Notes: generated by a model from the letters alone, not told the origin. A DNA stretch of 64,000 nucleotides from an uncultured Acidobacteriota bacterium (GCA_963742265.1 CAVULC010000004.1:84733-148732), one strand, 5' to 3'. Positions 49,614-62,592 are shown, counted from the first letter of the stretch. Translations and numbers: made by a program.

Positions 49614-52286
49614 CTACTCGGTGCGAAGCGCGCTGACCGGCTCGACGCGCGCGGCGCGCCGTGCCGGCAGGTACGTGGCGGCCGCCGCGATCGTCGCCAT
49701 CAGCAGCGTCACTGCGGCGAACGTCACCGGGTCGAGGGGGCCAACGCCCAGCAGGAACGCCCGGAGGAATCGCGCCGACGCGAGCGCGACCGCCAGGCCG
49801 GCGATGATTCCGACCGCGACCGGGCGAGCTCCCTCCGCCAGTACCATCATCGTGATCCCGCGGCGCGTCGCCCCCAACGCGATCCGAACGCCGATCTCGC
49901 GAGTTCGCGTCGTGGCGATGTACCTCGCGACGCCGTAGATCCCCACCACCGCGAGTGTGAGCGCGAGCGAACTGGCGAACAGGAAGAGGGTGACCCCGAG
50001 CCTCTGGGGCATCAGGAGTCCGCGGACGCGCTCTGCGAATGGTCGCACGTCATAGAGCGGGAGCTGAGGGTCGATGGCGCGCAGGCGGTCGCGCACCAGT
50101 GACGGGCCGTCGTCGCCGCCCTGCTTGAATCTGACGAAAAGATGGGCGGGATCGATTGCGACAGTCTCCCGCACCTGGAGCCACTGCTGGAAGGCAAGAT
50201 AGACGAACGGCTGGTTCTTCTCGCCAATCTCCCTCACAACCGTGTCACCGGTCACGCCGATGACAGTGACGCCGGTGCCGCCAAACAGTTTGATCCTGCC
50301 GCCGATCGGGCTCTTCCCCGGCCAGTATTTATCGGCCATGGTCTTGTTCACGACGGCCACGAGCGGCGCCCCGTTCACATCCGTCGTGGAGAAATTCCGT
50401 CCATCGGTTACGTGCATTCCAGCTGTCCGGAAATACTGCGGGGTGACATGGGCCATCGCCACTGTGACGTCCTCGTTCGGCGAGGGCCGGTAGCCTTCGA
50501 TCGACGCCTCCGACCAGCGGCCGCCGAGCGTAGGAACGACGGTGCTCCATGCCGCTGATTCCACTTGTGGCAGCGCGAGTAGAGAGTCGAGTGCTGACGT
50601 GTAGAACGCTTCAGCGCGTGGCGGGTCGTAGCGAGCGAGCCCGAGGTTGACGGACGCCGTGGTGACGCCGGTCACATCGAAACCGAGAGGCAGGTCGAGC
50701 GCAGCAACGAGGCTGCGGCTGAAGAGTCCGGCGCCCGTGAGCAGGACCAGGCTCATGGCCACTTGTGCCGCAAGCAGCACGCTGCGCAGGCGACCACGCG
50801 GCGTGGCGCTTCTGGACTGCGCGGAGAGCGAGGCAAGGATGTCGATTCTCGAGGCACGCCAAGCGGGTGCCGCGCCGAACAAGAGTCCAGTCGCGAGTGA
50901 AAGGATCGTCGTGACCGCGAGCGAGGTGACGCTCACGTGCAGCGGGATCTTCGAGAGATCGAGGTCGCCTGGCAGCTGGTACGAGGAGAACGCCTGGAGA
51001 CACATTGCGGCGACTGCAAGGCCGGCAGCTCCGCCGAGGGTCGCGAGCAGGACGCTCTCGACCAGCATCTGAAGGAGGATGCGGCTCCTCGTCGCGCCAA
51101 GCGCGAGGCGGATGCCGATTTCTGCACGGCGAGCAGCCGCGCGCGCCAGGAGAAGGTTGGCGAGATTCGCGCAGCCGATCAACAGCGTCATGCCGACGAC
51201 GCCAAACAGGAGCGTGACGAACTTGCGGGTGAGCGCCGCCCCGCGCCCGAGCGCCCGACTGGGGAGCGGCTCGAAGGTGAGGTGCTCGACCGGTTCACCG
51301 GATGCGGGCGGATGCTGGCGCCGGTACATGGCGTCCATCTCCGCCTCCGCCTGTACCCACGGCACGTCTTCACGCAGGCGGGCGATTGCCGTCAGCCAGA
51401 CGAATCCGCGTGACGTGCGGAAGGGCACCTTGCTGAGAAACCCGGTCTGCAATCGTTGAACGGACGACAGCGGCACGAACACGGCGGGATTTGACGAGAG
51501 CCTCGTGCCGCGGAAGCCTTTCTCCGCGACGCCGACGATCGTGACTGGCTGCGCATTGATGCGGATCGTGCGGCCAACGACACCCGGCGCTGCAGCGAAC
51601 CGCGATCTCCAGTAGTCGTGTGCGAGCACAGCGACGTCGGGGCCGTTGAGTACATCATCAGCCGGCACCAGTGTGCGCCCCAGCGCGGCGCGCACACCGA
51701 GCACGTTGAACGTGTTGCCGCTCACGAACTCCATCTCGGCGAGATCGCTGGTGTCATCCTTCGTGATGTTTGCCCTGCCGGCGCCGGCGACGGCGGCGAC
51801 GCCGGCAAAAATGTCGGTCCGGGCCGCATACTCGGTGTAGTCAGGGTAGGAGCTGCTCCATGGCACGGTGACCAGTTGTTCAGGACGATCAACCTGCACC
51901 GGGCGCAGCACGGTCGCATAGGCGAGTGTGAAGATCGCCGTATTCGCGCCGATGCCGAGGGCCAGGGTCAGTACAGCGGCCGTCGTGAATCCTGGACTCT
52001 GCCCCAGCATCCTGGCGCCGTGAGCCATGTCTTTCGTCACATGTCGCATCAGTCCTCCTCGGCTGGATGGAACAATGGCGGGACGCCGCCCCGGAGATAC
52101 GGTCGAGAGCCACTCGACCACTGCACCACGCAGCGTGTCGAGCGAAAGCGCGACCGGCCCGATCTGGCGGCGGTCAAGGACAGTGCGGACGAACTGGCGC
52201 ATCGCCGGACCGTGCGCCCGGCGGAAACCGGGCGGGTAGAGCCAGAGGAGCAGCGCACACACGCGCTCAGCGACGCGCTCCCTCAC
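49614..52286 (-). CDS. ADOP-family duplicated ABC permease (MacB/FtsX-like, no ATPase)
   Basis: PGFT..AVLTLALGIGANTAIF, LLIGCANLANLLLAR and two REIG.R.ALGA repeats. Confidence 0.92.
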   Translation of the reverse strand: MRERVAERVCALLLWLYPPGFRRAHGPAMRQFVRTVLDRRQIGPVALSLDTLRGAVVEWLSTVSPGRRPAIVPSSRGGLMRHVTKDMAHGARMLGQSPGFTTAAVLTLALGIGANTAIFTLAYATVLRPVQVDRPEQLVTVPWSSSYPDYTEYAARTDIFAGVAAVAGAGRANITKDDTSDLAEMEFVSGNTFNVLGVRAALGRTLVPADDVLNGPDVAVLAHDYWRSRFAAAPGVVGRTIRINAQPVTIVGVAEKGFRGTRLSSNPAVFVPLSSVQRLQTGFLSKVPFRTSRGFVWLTAIARLREDVPWVQAEAEMDAMYRRQHPPASGEPVEHLTFEPLPSRALGRGAALTRKFVTLLFGVVGMTLLIGCANLANLLLARAAARRAEIGIRLALGATRSRILLQMLVESVLLATLGGAAGLAVAAMCLQAFSSYQLPGDLDLSKIPLHVSVTSLAVTTILSLATGLLFGAAPAWRASRIDILASLSAQSRSATPRGRLRSVLLAAQVAMSLVLLTGAGLFSRSLVAALDLPLGFDVTGVTTASVNLGLARYDPPRAEAFYTSALDSLLALPQVESAAWSTVVPTLGGRWSEASIEGYRPSPNEDVTVAMAHVTPQYFRTAGMHVTDGRNFSTTDVNGAPLVAVVNKTMADKYWPGKSPIGGRIKLFGGTGVTVIGVTGDTVVREIGEKNQPFVYLAFQQWLQVRETVAIDPAHLFVRFKQGGDDGPSLVRDRLRAIDPQLPLYDVRPFAERVRGLLMPQRLGVTLFLFASSLALTLAVVGIYGVARYIATTRTREIGVRIALGATRRGITMMVLAEGARPVAVGIIAGLAVALASARFLRAFLLGVGPLDPVTFAAVTLLMATIAAAATYLPARRAARVEPVSALRTE

Positions 52287-52648
52287 GGGCGAACCTTCTT
52301 CGCGCGGGCGGCGTTGATCAACAGCCGCATCCTCGACGTCTCGGCCTGGAGCACCCTACGCCCGAGCGGCGTGATGCGGTAATACCGACGGCGTTCGTCG
52401 TCCAGTGCAGGATCGGGTCGTTCATCCGCCTCTTCGGTCAGTTCCGAGGCGAGCAGGCGCTTCAGCGTTCCGTACAACGTTCCGGGTCCCATCCGGGTGG
52501 CGCCGCCGGTGAGATTCGCCACCTCCAGCATGATTCCGTAGCCGTGCCGCTCCTCATCCGCGAGTGCCAGAAGAATGTGGTGGATGGCGGCCGTCAGCGG
52601 GATGAACTCCGCTGGGTCAGGCGATGCGGATCGTTTGGGCTTATGCAT
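52283..52648 (-). CDS. PadR-family transcriptional regulator
   Basis: Motifs HILLAL...RHGYGI, GPGTLYG.L.RL and RRRYYRIT..G. Confidence 0.93.
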   Translation of the reverse strand: MHKPKRSASPDPAEFIPLTAAIHHILLALADEERHGYGIMLEVANLTGGATRMGPGTLYGTLKRLLASELTEEADERPDPALDDERRRYYRITPLGRRVLQAETSRMRLLINAARAKKVRP

Positions 52649-52676
52649 CCGTTACGGATGTATCACATCCGGATGC
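52644..52676. promoter_or_regulatory. tandem palindromes over the padR start (probable PadR operator)
   Basis: TGCATCCG-TTA-CGGATGTA and CATCCGGATG. Confidence 0.55.
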
Positions 52677-52712
52677 ATGTTCGACGGGAGTGTGACGAAA
52701 AAGGTTGTGAGC

Positions 52713-53414
52713 TTAGTTGATGCCGGCGCGGAGGGCGACGGACCTGGTCGAGGGAACGTTGGAGAGACGCGTAATCTCGCGTCCGTTCACGAATTCGACC
52801 TGGCGGTAGACGATGGTGGTGACGGGTGGACCCGAGCCGGCGGTACCCTGGATCCGTGCAATGTAGTTGCGAGTCTCGCGGTATGGGGGCACGGCGCCGT
52901 ATTTCTTCACCGCGCCGGGTCCGGCGTTGTATGCGGCGAGCGCGAGCTCTTCGTTGTTGCCGTACTTGGTGAGCAGGCTCTTGAGGTACGCGACCCCCGC
53001 GCGAATATTCTGCGCTGCGTCGTATGGGTTGCGCACGTTGTAATCGGCCGCGGTCGCTGGCATCAACTGCATCAGCCCCATGGCTCCCTTATTCGAGAGA
53101 GCGAGAGGATTGAAAGCAGATTCCGCCTGGATCACGCCGCGAACCAGCTCGGGCCGCACTCCGTTTGCGGCCGCATGCTCGATCACCAGGGGATCGTATT
53201 CGGCCGCACGCCGGCTCAGGGCCTTGCGCGTGGTTCGAATACCGGTCGGGGCCCCGGCCACCGCAAATGTCACGGCAGACGCGTCCTTTGGGGAATTCGA
53301 GAGCACGAGCGTGCCCGAGGTGTCGCGCCACGCATAAATCTGCGCATCGGCCGCTCGAGGCGCAGCCGTGCACACCAGTGCGATCAAGACGATACGGAAG
53401 AGCGAGAAACTCAT
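52713..53414 (-). CDS. lytic transglycosylase (SLT) with N-terminal DUF4124-like segment
   Basis: Signal peptide, IYAWRD..G...LS, I.AES.FNP.A.S.KGAMGLMQLMP, ALAAYNAG and PPYRET. Confidence 0.92.
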   Translation of the reverse strand: MSFSLFRIVLIALVCTAAPRAADAQIYAWRDTSGTLVLSNSPKDASAVTFAVAGAPTGIRTTRKALSRRAAEYDPLVIEHAAANGVRPELVRGVIQAESAFNPLALSNKGAMGLMQLMPATAADYNVRNPYDAAQNIRAGVAYLKSLLTKYGNNEELALAAYNAGPGAVKKYGAVPPYRETRNYIARIQGTAGSGPPVTTIVYRQVEFVNGREITRLSNVPSTRSVALRAGIN

Positions 53415-53463
53415 CTGGAAAGCCGGATTCAGCAGTTTAGCTGGCTCCGACGACCCAGACAAG

Positions 53464-53496
53464 GCAAAGGCCAGGCCTCGCAGAATCAACTACTTA
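53464..53496 (-). promoter_or_regulatory. putative sigma54 promoter with adjacent IHF site
   Basis: Minus strand aGGcctggcctTTGC (GG-N10-GC, 53477-53464). AATCAACTACTTA at 53484-53496 matches WATCAANNNNTTR. Confidence 0.55.
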
Positions 53497-53542
53497 CAGC
53501 GATTCTTCGAGACTCCATGTTCCAGTTTGGGACGGTGGCCCC

Positions 53543-56263
<2,721 letters not shown>

Positions 56264-56295
56264 CCGTCTATCTTACGGTCGACCGGTAGACGGTC

Positions 56296-56397
56296 GTAGT
56301 GCAGCCCTTTAGGGCTGCCATGTCAGTCGTAGTGCAGCCCTTCAGGGCTGCTGATGGTCTTTTCGTCTGATGATGCAGCCCTGAAGGGCTGCACTAC
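56296..56397. repeat. cluster of three GTAG-type REP palindromes (BIME-like)
   Basis: GTAGTGCAGCCCTT(T/C)AGGGCTGC at 56296-56318 and 56329-56351, with an inverted copy at 56375-56397. Confidence 0.88.
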
Positions 56398-56861
56398 GTC
56401 TCGCTGGACGATGACCCGATGCGTCGTATCGCCGTCGAAACGGCCGCCGGTGTGAAGCCCTGGCGCATCAGGAACTGGTAGAGACGCGCCCGCTCCTGCA
56501 TCGTGACCAGCTTCTTGCCGCCACGGAGCTTCTTCTGAATGGCGCGGTCGATCAGCGCTCGTTCGTCCAGATCGGCGAACACGTCCGCGATCGCTTCGCC
56601 GCGATCTCCCGGGCGATGCCGACGTCTGCAGCTCGCGCGTGACGCGCAGCCGTCCGCGTCCTTTGATCTTCAGCGCGGTGCGCGCGTAGGCACGGGCGAC
56701 GCGGCGGTCATCGAGCGCGCCCGTTCTCGAGCAGCTCGTTCAACGGCGTCGTCGATCTCTTCGGGGGTGTGTTCCCGATCGATCAGGCGCGATCGGAGCT
56801 GCTGCACCGACGAGCTCCCGCCGCGCGAGCAGTCTCGAGTGCGTCGATATAGGCACGTCAC
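56394..56861 (-). CDS. recX: regulatory protein RecX (frameshifted)
   Basis: Rebuilt: LLARRE.S..QLRSRL, LDDRR.A..Y, KGRG..R and RLYQFLMRQGF. Upstream of alaS. Confidence 0.8.
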
Positions 56862-58007
56862 TATCCACCGAACCTGGTGATCTCCGGCGCGGCCCTGCCG
56901 ACGCTCTTCGCCATGGTGTCGCGAGCGAGATCGGCAGTGGTGGAGATGCCCTGGACCTTCAGCTTGAATTCGTCGACGTTCGACGCCCACCGCATCGCTT
57001 CGTCGAGCGTGACCTGCCCCTGCTGATAGAGACCGAAGATCGACTGATCGAACGTCTGCATCCCGTACTGCGATGTACCGGCGGCAATCGCCCCGTGGAT
57101 CTGGGACGTCTTGTCCTTGTCGACGATGCAGTCACGGATGAAGGCGGTGGTGACCATGACTTCGACCGCCGGGACGCGTCCGACGCCGTTGGCGCGCGGC
57201 ATCAGCCGCTGTGAGATCGCCGCCTTGAGGACGCTGGCGAGCTGGATGCTGACCTGCCGCTGCTGGTGCGGCGGGAACACCGCGATGATGCGATTGATCG
57301 TCTCGGTCGCGTCGAGTGTGTGCAGCGTCGAGACGACCAGGTGGCCCGTCTCGGCGGCGAGCAGCGCCGTCTCAACCGTTTCGTGATCGCGCATTTCGCC
57401 GACCAGGATCACATCCGGATCCTGGCGCAGCGCGCTGCGCAGCGCATGCGAGAACGATTGGTGTCGACGTTGATTTCGCGCTGGTTGACGATCGAGTGGT
57501 GGTCCCGATGCAGATACTCGATCGGGTCCTCGATCGTCATGATGTGCGCGGAACGGGTCGAGTTGATGTGGTCGATCAGCGCCGCGAGGGTCGTGCTCTT
57601 GCCGCTCCCTGTCGTCCCGGTCACCAGGACGAGCCTCGTTCCTCGGTGGCGATGTGCTTGAGGACGCCGGGCAGTCCGAGCTCGTCGATCGAGGCGATCC
57701 GGGTCGGGATGACGCGCATGACGATCCCGACGGTGCCGCGCTGCTGAAAGGCGTTGCAACGGAACCGGCCGAGACCGGGGACGCTGTACGCGAGGTCCAC
57801 TTCCTGCGAGGTCTTGAACTTCTGGGCCAGGTCGGGCGTGAAGAGTGCCTGCGCGAACGCCTCGGTGTCGGCCCGCTCCAGCCGCTTCTCTTCGCTGGCG
57901 ACCACGAGCGTGCCGCTGACCCGCATCATCGGGTAGCTCCCGACCTTGATATGCAGGTCGGAGGCGCCGGCCGTGACAGCAGTTTGTAGAAGCTCGTTGA
58001 TATGCAT
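56861..58007 (-). CDS. pilT: type IV pilus retraction ATPase PilT/PilU family (frameshifted)
   Basis: Motifs [45 protein letters not shown] and AETGHLV.STLHT. Confidence 0.92.
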
Positions 58008-58054
58008 CTGTGCCAGCCCTGGCTGCCTTGTGCCAGCTCTCGGCCCAGCGCGCG

Positions 58055-59036
58055 CTAGCTTCGCGCCGCGGGCCTTTGGCTGATCCGGCGCCTACCGGCT
58101 GCAGCGGCTCGCCCGGGTAGACATACGTCAGCCAGTTGTGGCGATCGGGCACTTCGCCCTTGATGATGTCGAAGAACTCCTGCTGGATCGCCGCCGTGAT
58201 CGGACCGCGTGCGCCGGCGCCGATCTGGACCTTGTCGACCGAGCGGATCGGCGTGATCTCGACCGCGGTGCCGGCAAAGAACGCCTCGTCGCAGATGTAC
58301 AGCAGCTCGCGCGGGAGCATCTCTTCGCGGACCTTGTAACCGAGTTCGCGCGCGATGGTGATCACGCTGTTGCGGGTGATCCCCGGCAGGATCGACGCGG
58401 TCAGCGGCGGCGTGTAGATGCAGTCGTCGCGGACGACGAACAGGTTCTGGCCGCTGCCCTCGCTCAGATAGCCGAACGTGTCGAGCGCGATGCCTTCGCT
58501 GTAGCCCTCGACGATCGCTTCCATCTTGATCAACTGCGAGTTGGCGTAGTTGGCAGATGTCTTGGCGAGCGTCGGGAAGGTGTTCGGCGCTGATCGCGAC
58601 CACGAGGCGATCCGGACGTCCACGCCGTTGGTCAGGGCTTCGTTGCCGAGGTAAGCGCCCCATTCCCACGTCAGCACCGCTGCGTCGACGGGGCAGGGGA
58701 ACGGGTTGACGCCGAGTGCGTTGTAGCCGCGATAGATGATCGGGCGGATGTAGCAGGCCTTCTGCTCGTTGGCCCGGATCGTTTCCAGGACCGCGTCGTC
58801 ATCGCCGGCTGATCCAGTGCCGGCTCCATCCGGTAGATGCGCGCCGAATCGAACAGGCGCTTCATGTGCGTGTCGAGCCGGAAAATCGCCGAGCCCTTCG
58901 GCGTGTCGTAGCAGCGGATGCCTTCGAAGACACCGCTGCCGTAGTGGATGACGTGCGACGCGATGTGAATCTTCGCGTCTGCCCACTCCACGAGGGAGCC
59001 GTTCATCCAGATTTTTCCGGTCCCGCTGAAGGCCAT
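58055..59036 (-). CDS. ilvE: branched-chain amino acid aminotransferase (frameshifted)
   Basis: Motifs [35 protein letters not shown] and GTAVEITP. Confidence 0.94.
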
Positions 59037-59071
59037 TCTTTGCTCCGTTCTTTCGATCTACAACCGGGCTG

Positions 59072-59080
59072 ATTCTAACA
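59072..59080 (-). promoter_or_regulatory. extended -10 promoter for ilvE
   Basis: TGtTAGAAT on the minus strand. Confidence 0.5.
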
Positions 59081-59135
59081 TGCCTCGAGCTGGCAGGCGG
59101 TCCAATCCGCGGTGCACGCGCCGGCGATCGAAAAA

Positions 59136-60122
59136 CTACTGTTTTTCGTTACAGAACGGGCATCGATCGGTGCGCGCGTGGAGCGGCTTCCGGCACTGCC
59201 AGCAGAATCGAGCCGCCGGTGCTTCGCGGGCGCGCAATCGGTTCTGGATGCCCTGCGAATCATCGGACCGACGCGGGGCTCCGCGGCGTCGACCGTTGCT
59301 GCAGCGGCCGGATTGAGGCGTGCGCCGCGTTCGGGCCGACAGCACATCTTCCATGAGGTCGGTGGCCCGCTGATAGCGGTTCGTGACATCCGGTGACAGC
59401 GCCTTCATCACGATGTCGCTGATCACTTTCGGGATCGCGGAATTCTTCAGCCGCGGCGGCGACACCAGCTCGCCGGACATCAGCTTGCCCAGGTCGGCCG
59501 GCGCGGGCGCATCGTAGGGCAGCATGCCGGTGAGCATCTGGTACATCGTGATGCCGACCGAGTAGATGTCGGATGCAAACACGGCTTTGCCGGAGAACTG
59601 TTCCGGCGCCATGTAGGGTGGACTGCCGATGACGGTCGTGCCGTGGGCCGCGATCTCGAGAAAGCGCGACGTCCCGAAGTCGGCGACCTTGCACATGTCG
59701 TTGTCGGTCACCAGCACGTTGGCCGGGCGAAGATCGCGATGGATCACGCCTTGCCGATGGGCATGATCGACGGCGTTGCAGATCTGGCAGGTGAAGTCGA
59801 GCGACCGGTTGACGTCCAGCGCGCCGGCGGCCGCGATGATGTTCTCGAGCGTCTCGCCAGGGACGTACTCCATCACGATGAAGAAGACGTTGTCCTCTTT
59901 CTCCGCCGTGATGATCGACACGATGTTGGGATGACTGACGCTGGCGAGCAGGCGCGGCTCGTGGAGGAGCTCGCCGAAGTCCATGTTCTGGCGGTGCGGG
60001 ACCTTGATCGCGACGCGCTTGTCGATCCAGGTGTCTTGCGCGAGGTACACGGCGCCGAAGCCACCGCTGCCCAGGGGCGCGATGATCTTGTACTTGCCGA
60101 GGTTCTGGCCCTTGAAAAGCAA
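59136..60122 (-). CDS. Hanks-type protein kinase with C-terminal zinc ribbon
   Basis: [25 protein letters not shown] and [10 protein letters not shown]-terminal CWQC-x10-CPFC. Confidence 0.9.
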   Translation of the reverse strand: MLFKGQNLGKYKIIAPLGSGGFGAVYLAQDTWIDKRVAIKVPHRQNMDFGELLHEPRLLASVSHPNIVSIITAEKEDNVFFIVMEYVPGETLENIIAAAGALDVNRSLDFTCQICNAVDHAHRQGVIHRDLRPANVLVTDNDMCKVADFGTSRFLEIAAHGTTVIGSPPYMAPEQFSGKAVFASDIYSVGITMYQMLTGMLPYDAPAPADLGKLMSGELVSPPRLKNSAIPKVISDIVMKALSPDVTNRYQRATDLMEDVLSARTRRTPQSGRCSNGRRRGAPRRSDDSQGIQNRLRAREAPAARFCWQCRKPLHARTDRCPFCNEKQ

Positions 60123-60148
60123 TGTCCGGCTGCAGGATAATCAGGCGC

Positions 60149-60883
60149 ATGCTGCCGCGCTTTTACGCGCCCGACCTCGACCCGGATCTCGCGTCGGTGA
60201 TGTTGCCGCCCGACGAAGCGCGCCACCTGACGCGCGTCCTGCGACTCGGCGCCGGAGACGAGGTCGTCGTGTTCGACGGCCGCGGCGCCGAGTACCGCGC
60301 GGTCGTTGAAGCCGCCGTGCGCGAGACCGCATCGTTGCGGGTGGTCGAGCGCATACCGGCGATCGCCCGGCCCCCTCGCCATCGTCGTTGCCCGTCGGTG
60401 CTCAAGGGCGACAGCATGGACGCCGCGGTCCGCGACGCGACGATGATGGGGGCCGAAGCATCCAGCCGGTGCTGACCGCGCACACTGATGTGAAGCCGTC
60501 ATTCGCCCGTCGCGGAGAGACCCTGGCGCGGTGGCGGCGGGTCGCGATGGCGTCGGTGAAGCAATGCCGTCGCGCGACGTTGCCGGTCATTTCAGAGCCG
60601 CGCAGCCTTGAGTCGTGGCTGCTGGCCGGCTGGTTGATCTGACGCTGCTATTCGTGGAGCCGTCCGCAGGGATGAATGTACAGCCCATGCACTCGTTGCT
60701 GAGCCTGGAGAAACCGAGACGACTGGCGGTGCTGCTTGGCCCTGAAGGGGGCTGGCAGTCGGGAGTGTCGACGCCGCGATCCGGGGTGGCTGTGTCCCGG
60801 TGACGTTCGGGCCGTTCACGCTCCGTGCCGAATCGATGGCGGTCGCTGCACTGGCTGCGATCGCAGCGATCTGGGGGCTCTAA
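60149..60883 (+). CDS. rsmE: 16S rRNA m3U1498 methyltransferase (frameshifted)
   Basis: Motifs EARHLTRVLRL..GD.V.VFDG.G, QCRR, LGPEGG and LRAE. Confidence 0.9.
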
Positions 60884-60885
60884 GG

Positions 60886-60955
60886 GGTGCCACGGTGCCA
60901 GGGTGCCACGGTGCCAGGGTGCCAGGGTGCCAAGGTGCCAAGGTGCCAAGGTGCC
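60886..60955. repeat. octamer array (GGTGCCAV), ~9 copies
   Basis: GGTGCCA+C,G,C,G,G,A,A,A then GGTGCC. Begins 2 nt after the rsmE stop. Confidence 0.92.
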
Positions 60956-60958
60956 GTT

Positions 60959-61042
60959 AGCTGATGGCTGAAAGCTGATGGCTGTCAGCTGATAGCTGTC
61001 AGCTGATAGCTGTTAGCTGAGACCTGTTAGCTGAACGCTGTC
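60959..61042. repeat. AGCTG-family heptamer array, 12 copies
   Basis: AGCTGAT GGCTGAA AGCTGAT GGCTGTC AGCTGAT AGCTGTC AGCTGAT AGCTGTT AGCTGAG ACCTGTT AGCTGAA CGCTGTC, abutting the prmA stop. Confidence 0.9.
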
Positions 61043-61898
61043 TACTTCGTCAACACGAACGCGAACCAGTCATCTTCTTCGGCCATCTCTTCAGGGTGAA
61101 ATGCGCCGACAAGGCTTCAGTCACTCGGGCCTTCTCATCGATGTTGAAGCCGGAGACGATCAGCGATCCGCCGGGCGAAATAGGCGCGCAAGGTCGGCGG
61201 CGTGCAGCGACAGCAACGTTCCGGTGAGATTGGCGGTGACCAGGTCGGCCGGATCGAGCGTCGTCGTCGTCAGGTCGTCGACGTGCGCTTCGACGATCTG
61301 CGTCGCGTCGTTCGCCACGATGTTCTCGCGGGCATTCTCAACGGCATCGGGATCGCTGTCGATCGCCGCGACGAACGCGGCGCCGAGCCTTGCGGCCGTA
61401 ATGGCGAGCACGCCGGATCCGGTCCCGACGTCGATCACGCGCAGACCCGCAAGATTGCGACCTTGCAGAAGGACGAGGCACAGCCTGGTCGATTGATGGT
61501 GGCCGGTGCCGAAACCGCGCGAGGGCTCGATGATCACCGTGATATTTGGATCCGGCACCTGCAGGGACGGCTTCGGCACGTCCCAGGGCGGCGCGATGAT
61601 CACCGTTCCGATACGGACGGCCGGCAGCTCCGCCTGCGTTCGCCGCGCCCAGTCCTCGTCCTCCACGTCGGTCGCGCGAAGGCGCAGCGCATTGAAGTCC
61701 GGTTCGCCCGCGACAGCGGCCGACGCAGCATCGCGCTTCTCGGCGGTGGGGAAGTGCGCGATCCACGTCCGCGGATTGGTGATGTCGTCTTCCTGGACAC
61801 CGAACGAGACCGAAATCCGCGAGTAGCGCGACCAGGCGATCGCGGGTGGAAAGATCGATCCCGTTGAGATCGATCACGAGTGCGGGAGAGGCATCCAT
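61042..61898 (-). CDS. prmA: ribosomal protein L11 methyltransferase (frameshifted)
   Basis: Motifs DEDW, IAPPW, IEPSRGFGTGHH.STRLCL, VIDVGTGSGVLAI, ANL and LIVSGF. Confidence 0.9.
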
Positions 61899-62592
61899 AA
61901 GGGTGCCCGATGCGGCGACCCGTCCCCGGTCGAGGATGACCACCCGGTCGCACACCCGCTCGACCTCGCCGATCAGGTGCGAGTTGAGCAGCACCGCGAC
62001 GCCCCGTGCCCTCAGGGTCGAGCACGATGTCGCGCACGTCGACGCGACCGAGCGGGTCGAGCGCGCTGGTCGGTTCGTCGAGGACCACGAGCTCCGGCCG
62101 AGCCACCAGGGCGACGGCCAGCCCGAGCCGCTGCTGCATGCCCTTGGAGAATCCGCCGACGCGATCGTCTGCGCGTTCGGCAAGGCCGACGAGCGCCAGG
62201 CAGTCGCGCTGTTCCTGTGCGGACACCGCGATTCCGGCGAGCCGGACGTGGAGGGTCAGCACCTCGGCCGCGTTGAGCCACGGCTGATAGCGGAAGAGCT
62301 CAGGCAGGTAGCCGACGCGAGCGCGTGCAGACCGGATCCGCCGCCGGTCGCCCGAGAGCATCACATCGCCTGCGTCAGGGTGGACCAGGCCGAGGAGCAT
62401 CTTGATCACGGTCGTCTTGCCGGCGCCGTTCGGACCGAGCAGCCCGCACCACCTCGCCGCGGCCCACCTCCAGGGACACGTCCTCGACAGCCGGGCGCTG
62501 GCCGTACTGCTTGCGCAGCCCGGCGCACCAGACGGCAGGCGCCGGTGGCAGGTCGGCGAGCAGCTCCGCCGCCGCGCGAGGAGCTGCGTCAT
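61899..62592 (-). CDS. ABC transporter ATPase, C-terminally truncated at the junction with prmA (frameshifted)
   Basis: GPNGAGKTT, FSKGMQQRLGLA, LDEPTSALDP and LLNSHL..EVERVCDRV. No stop codon; it runs in frame into the prmA ATG. Confidence 0.85.

Noticed and set aside
56296-56397. Mini-CRISPR
   Set aside because: 23-nt palindromes in mixed orientation with 10- and 23-nt gaps fit REP/BIME, not CRISPR.
60587-60949. ORF with APWHLGTL repeats
   Set aside because: Antisense translation of the GGTGCCAV array overlapping rsmE.
61338-62183. Genuine ABC ATPase-PrmA fusion protein
   Set aside because: It coincides with the compositional break and the ATPase truncation, so it is treated as a likely chimeric junction.
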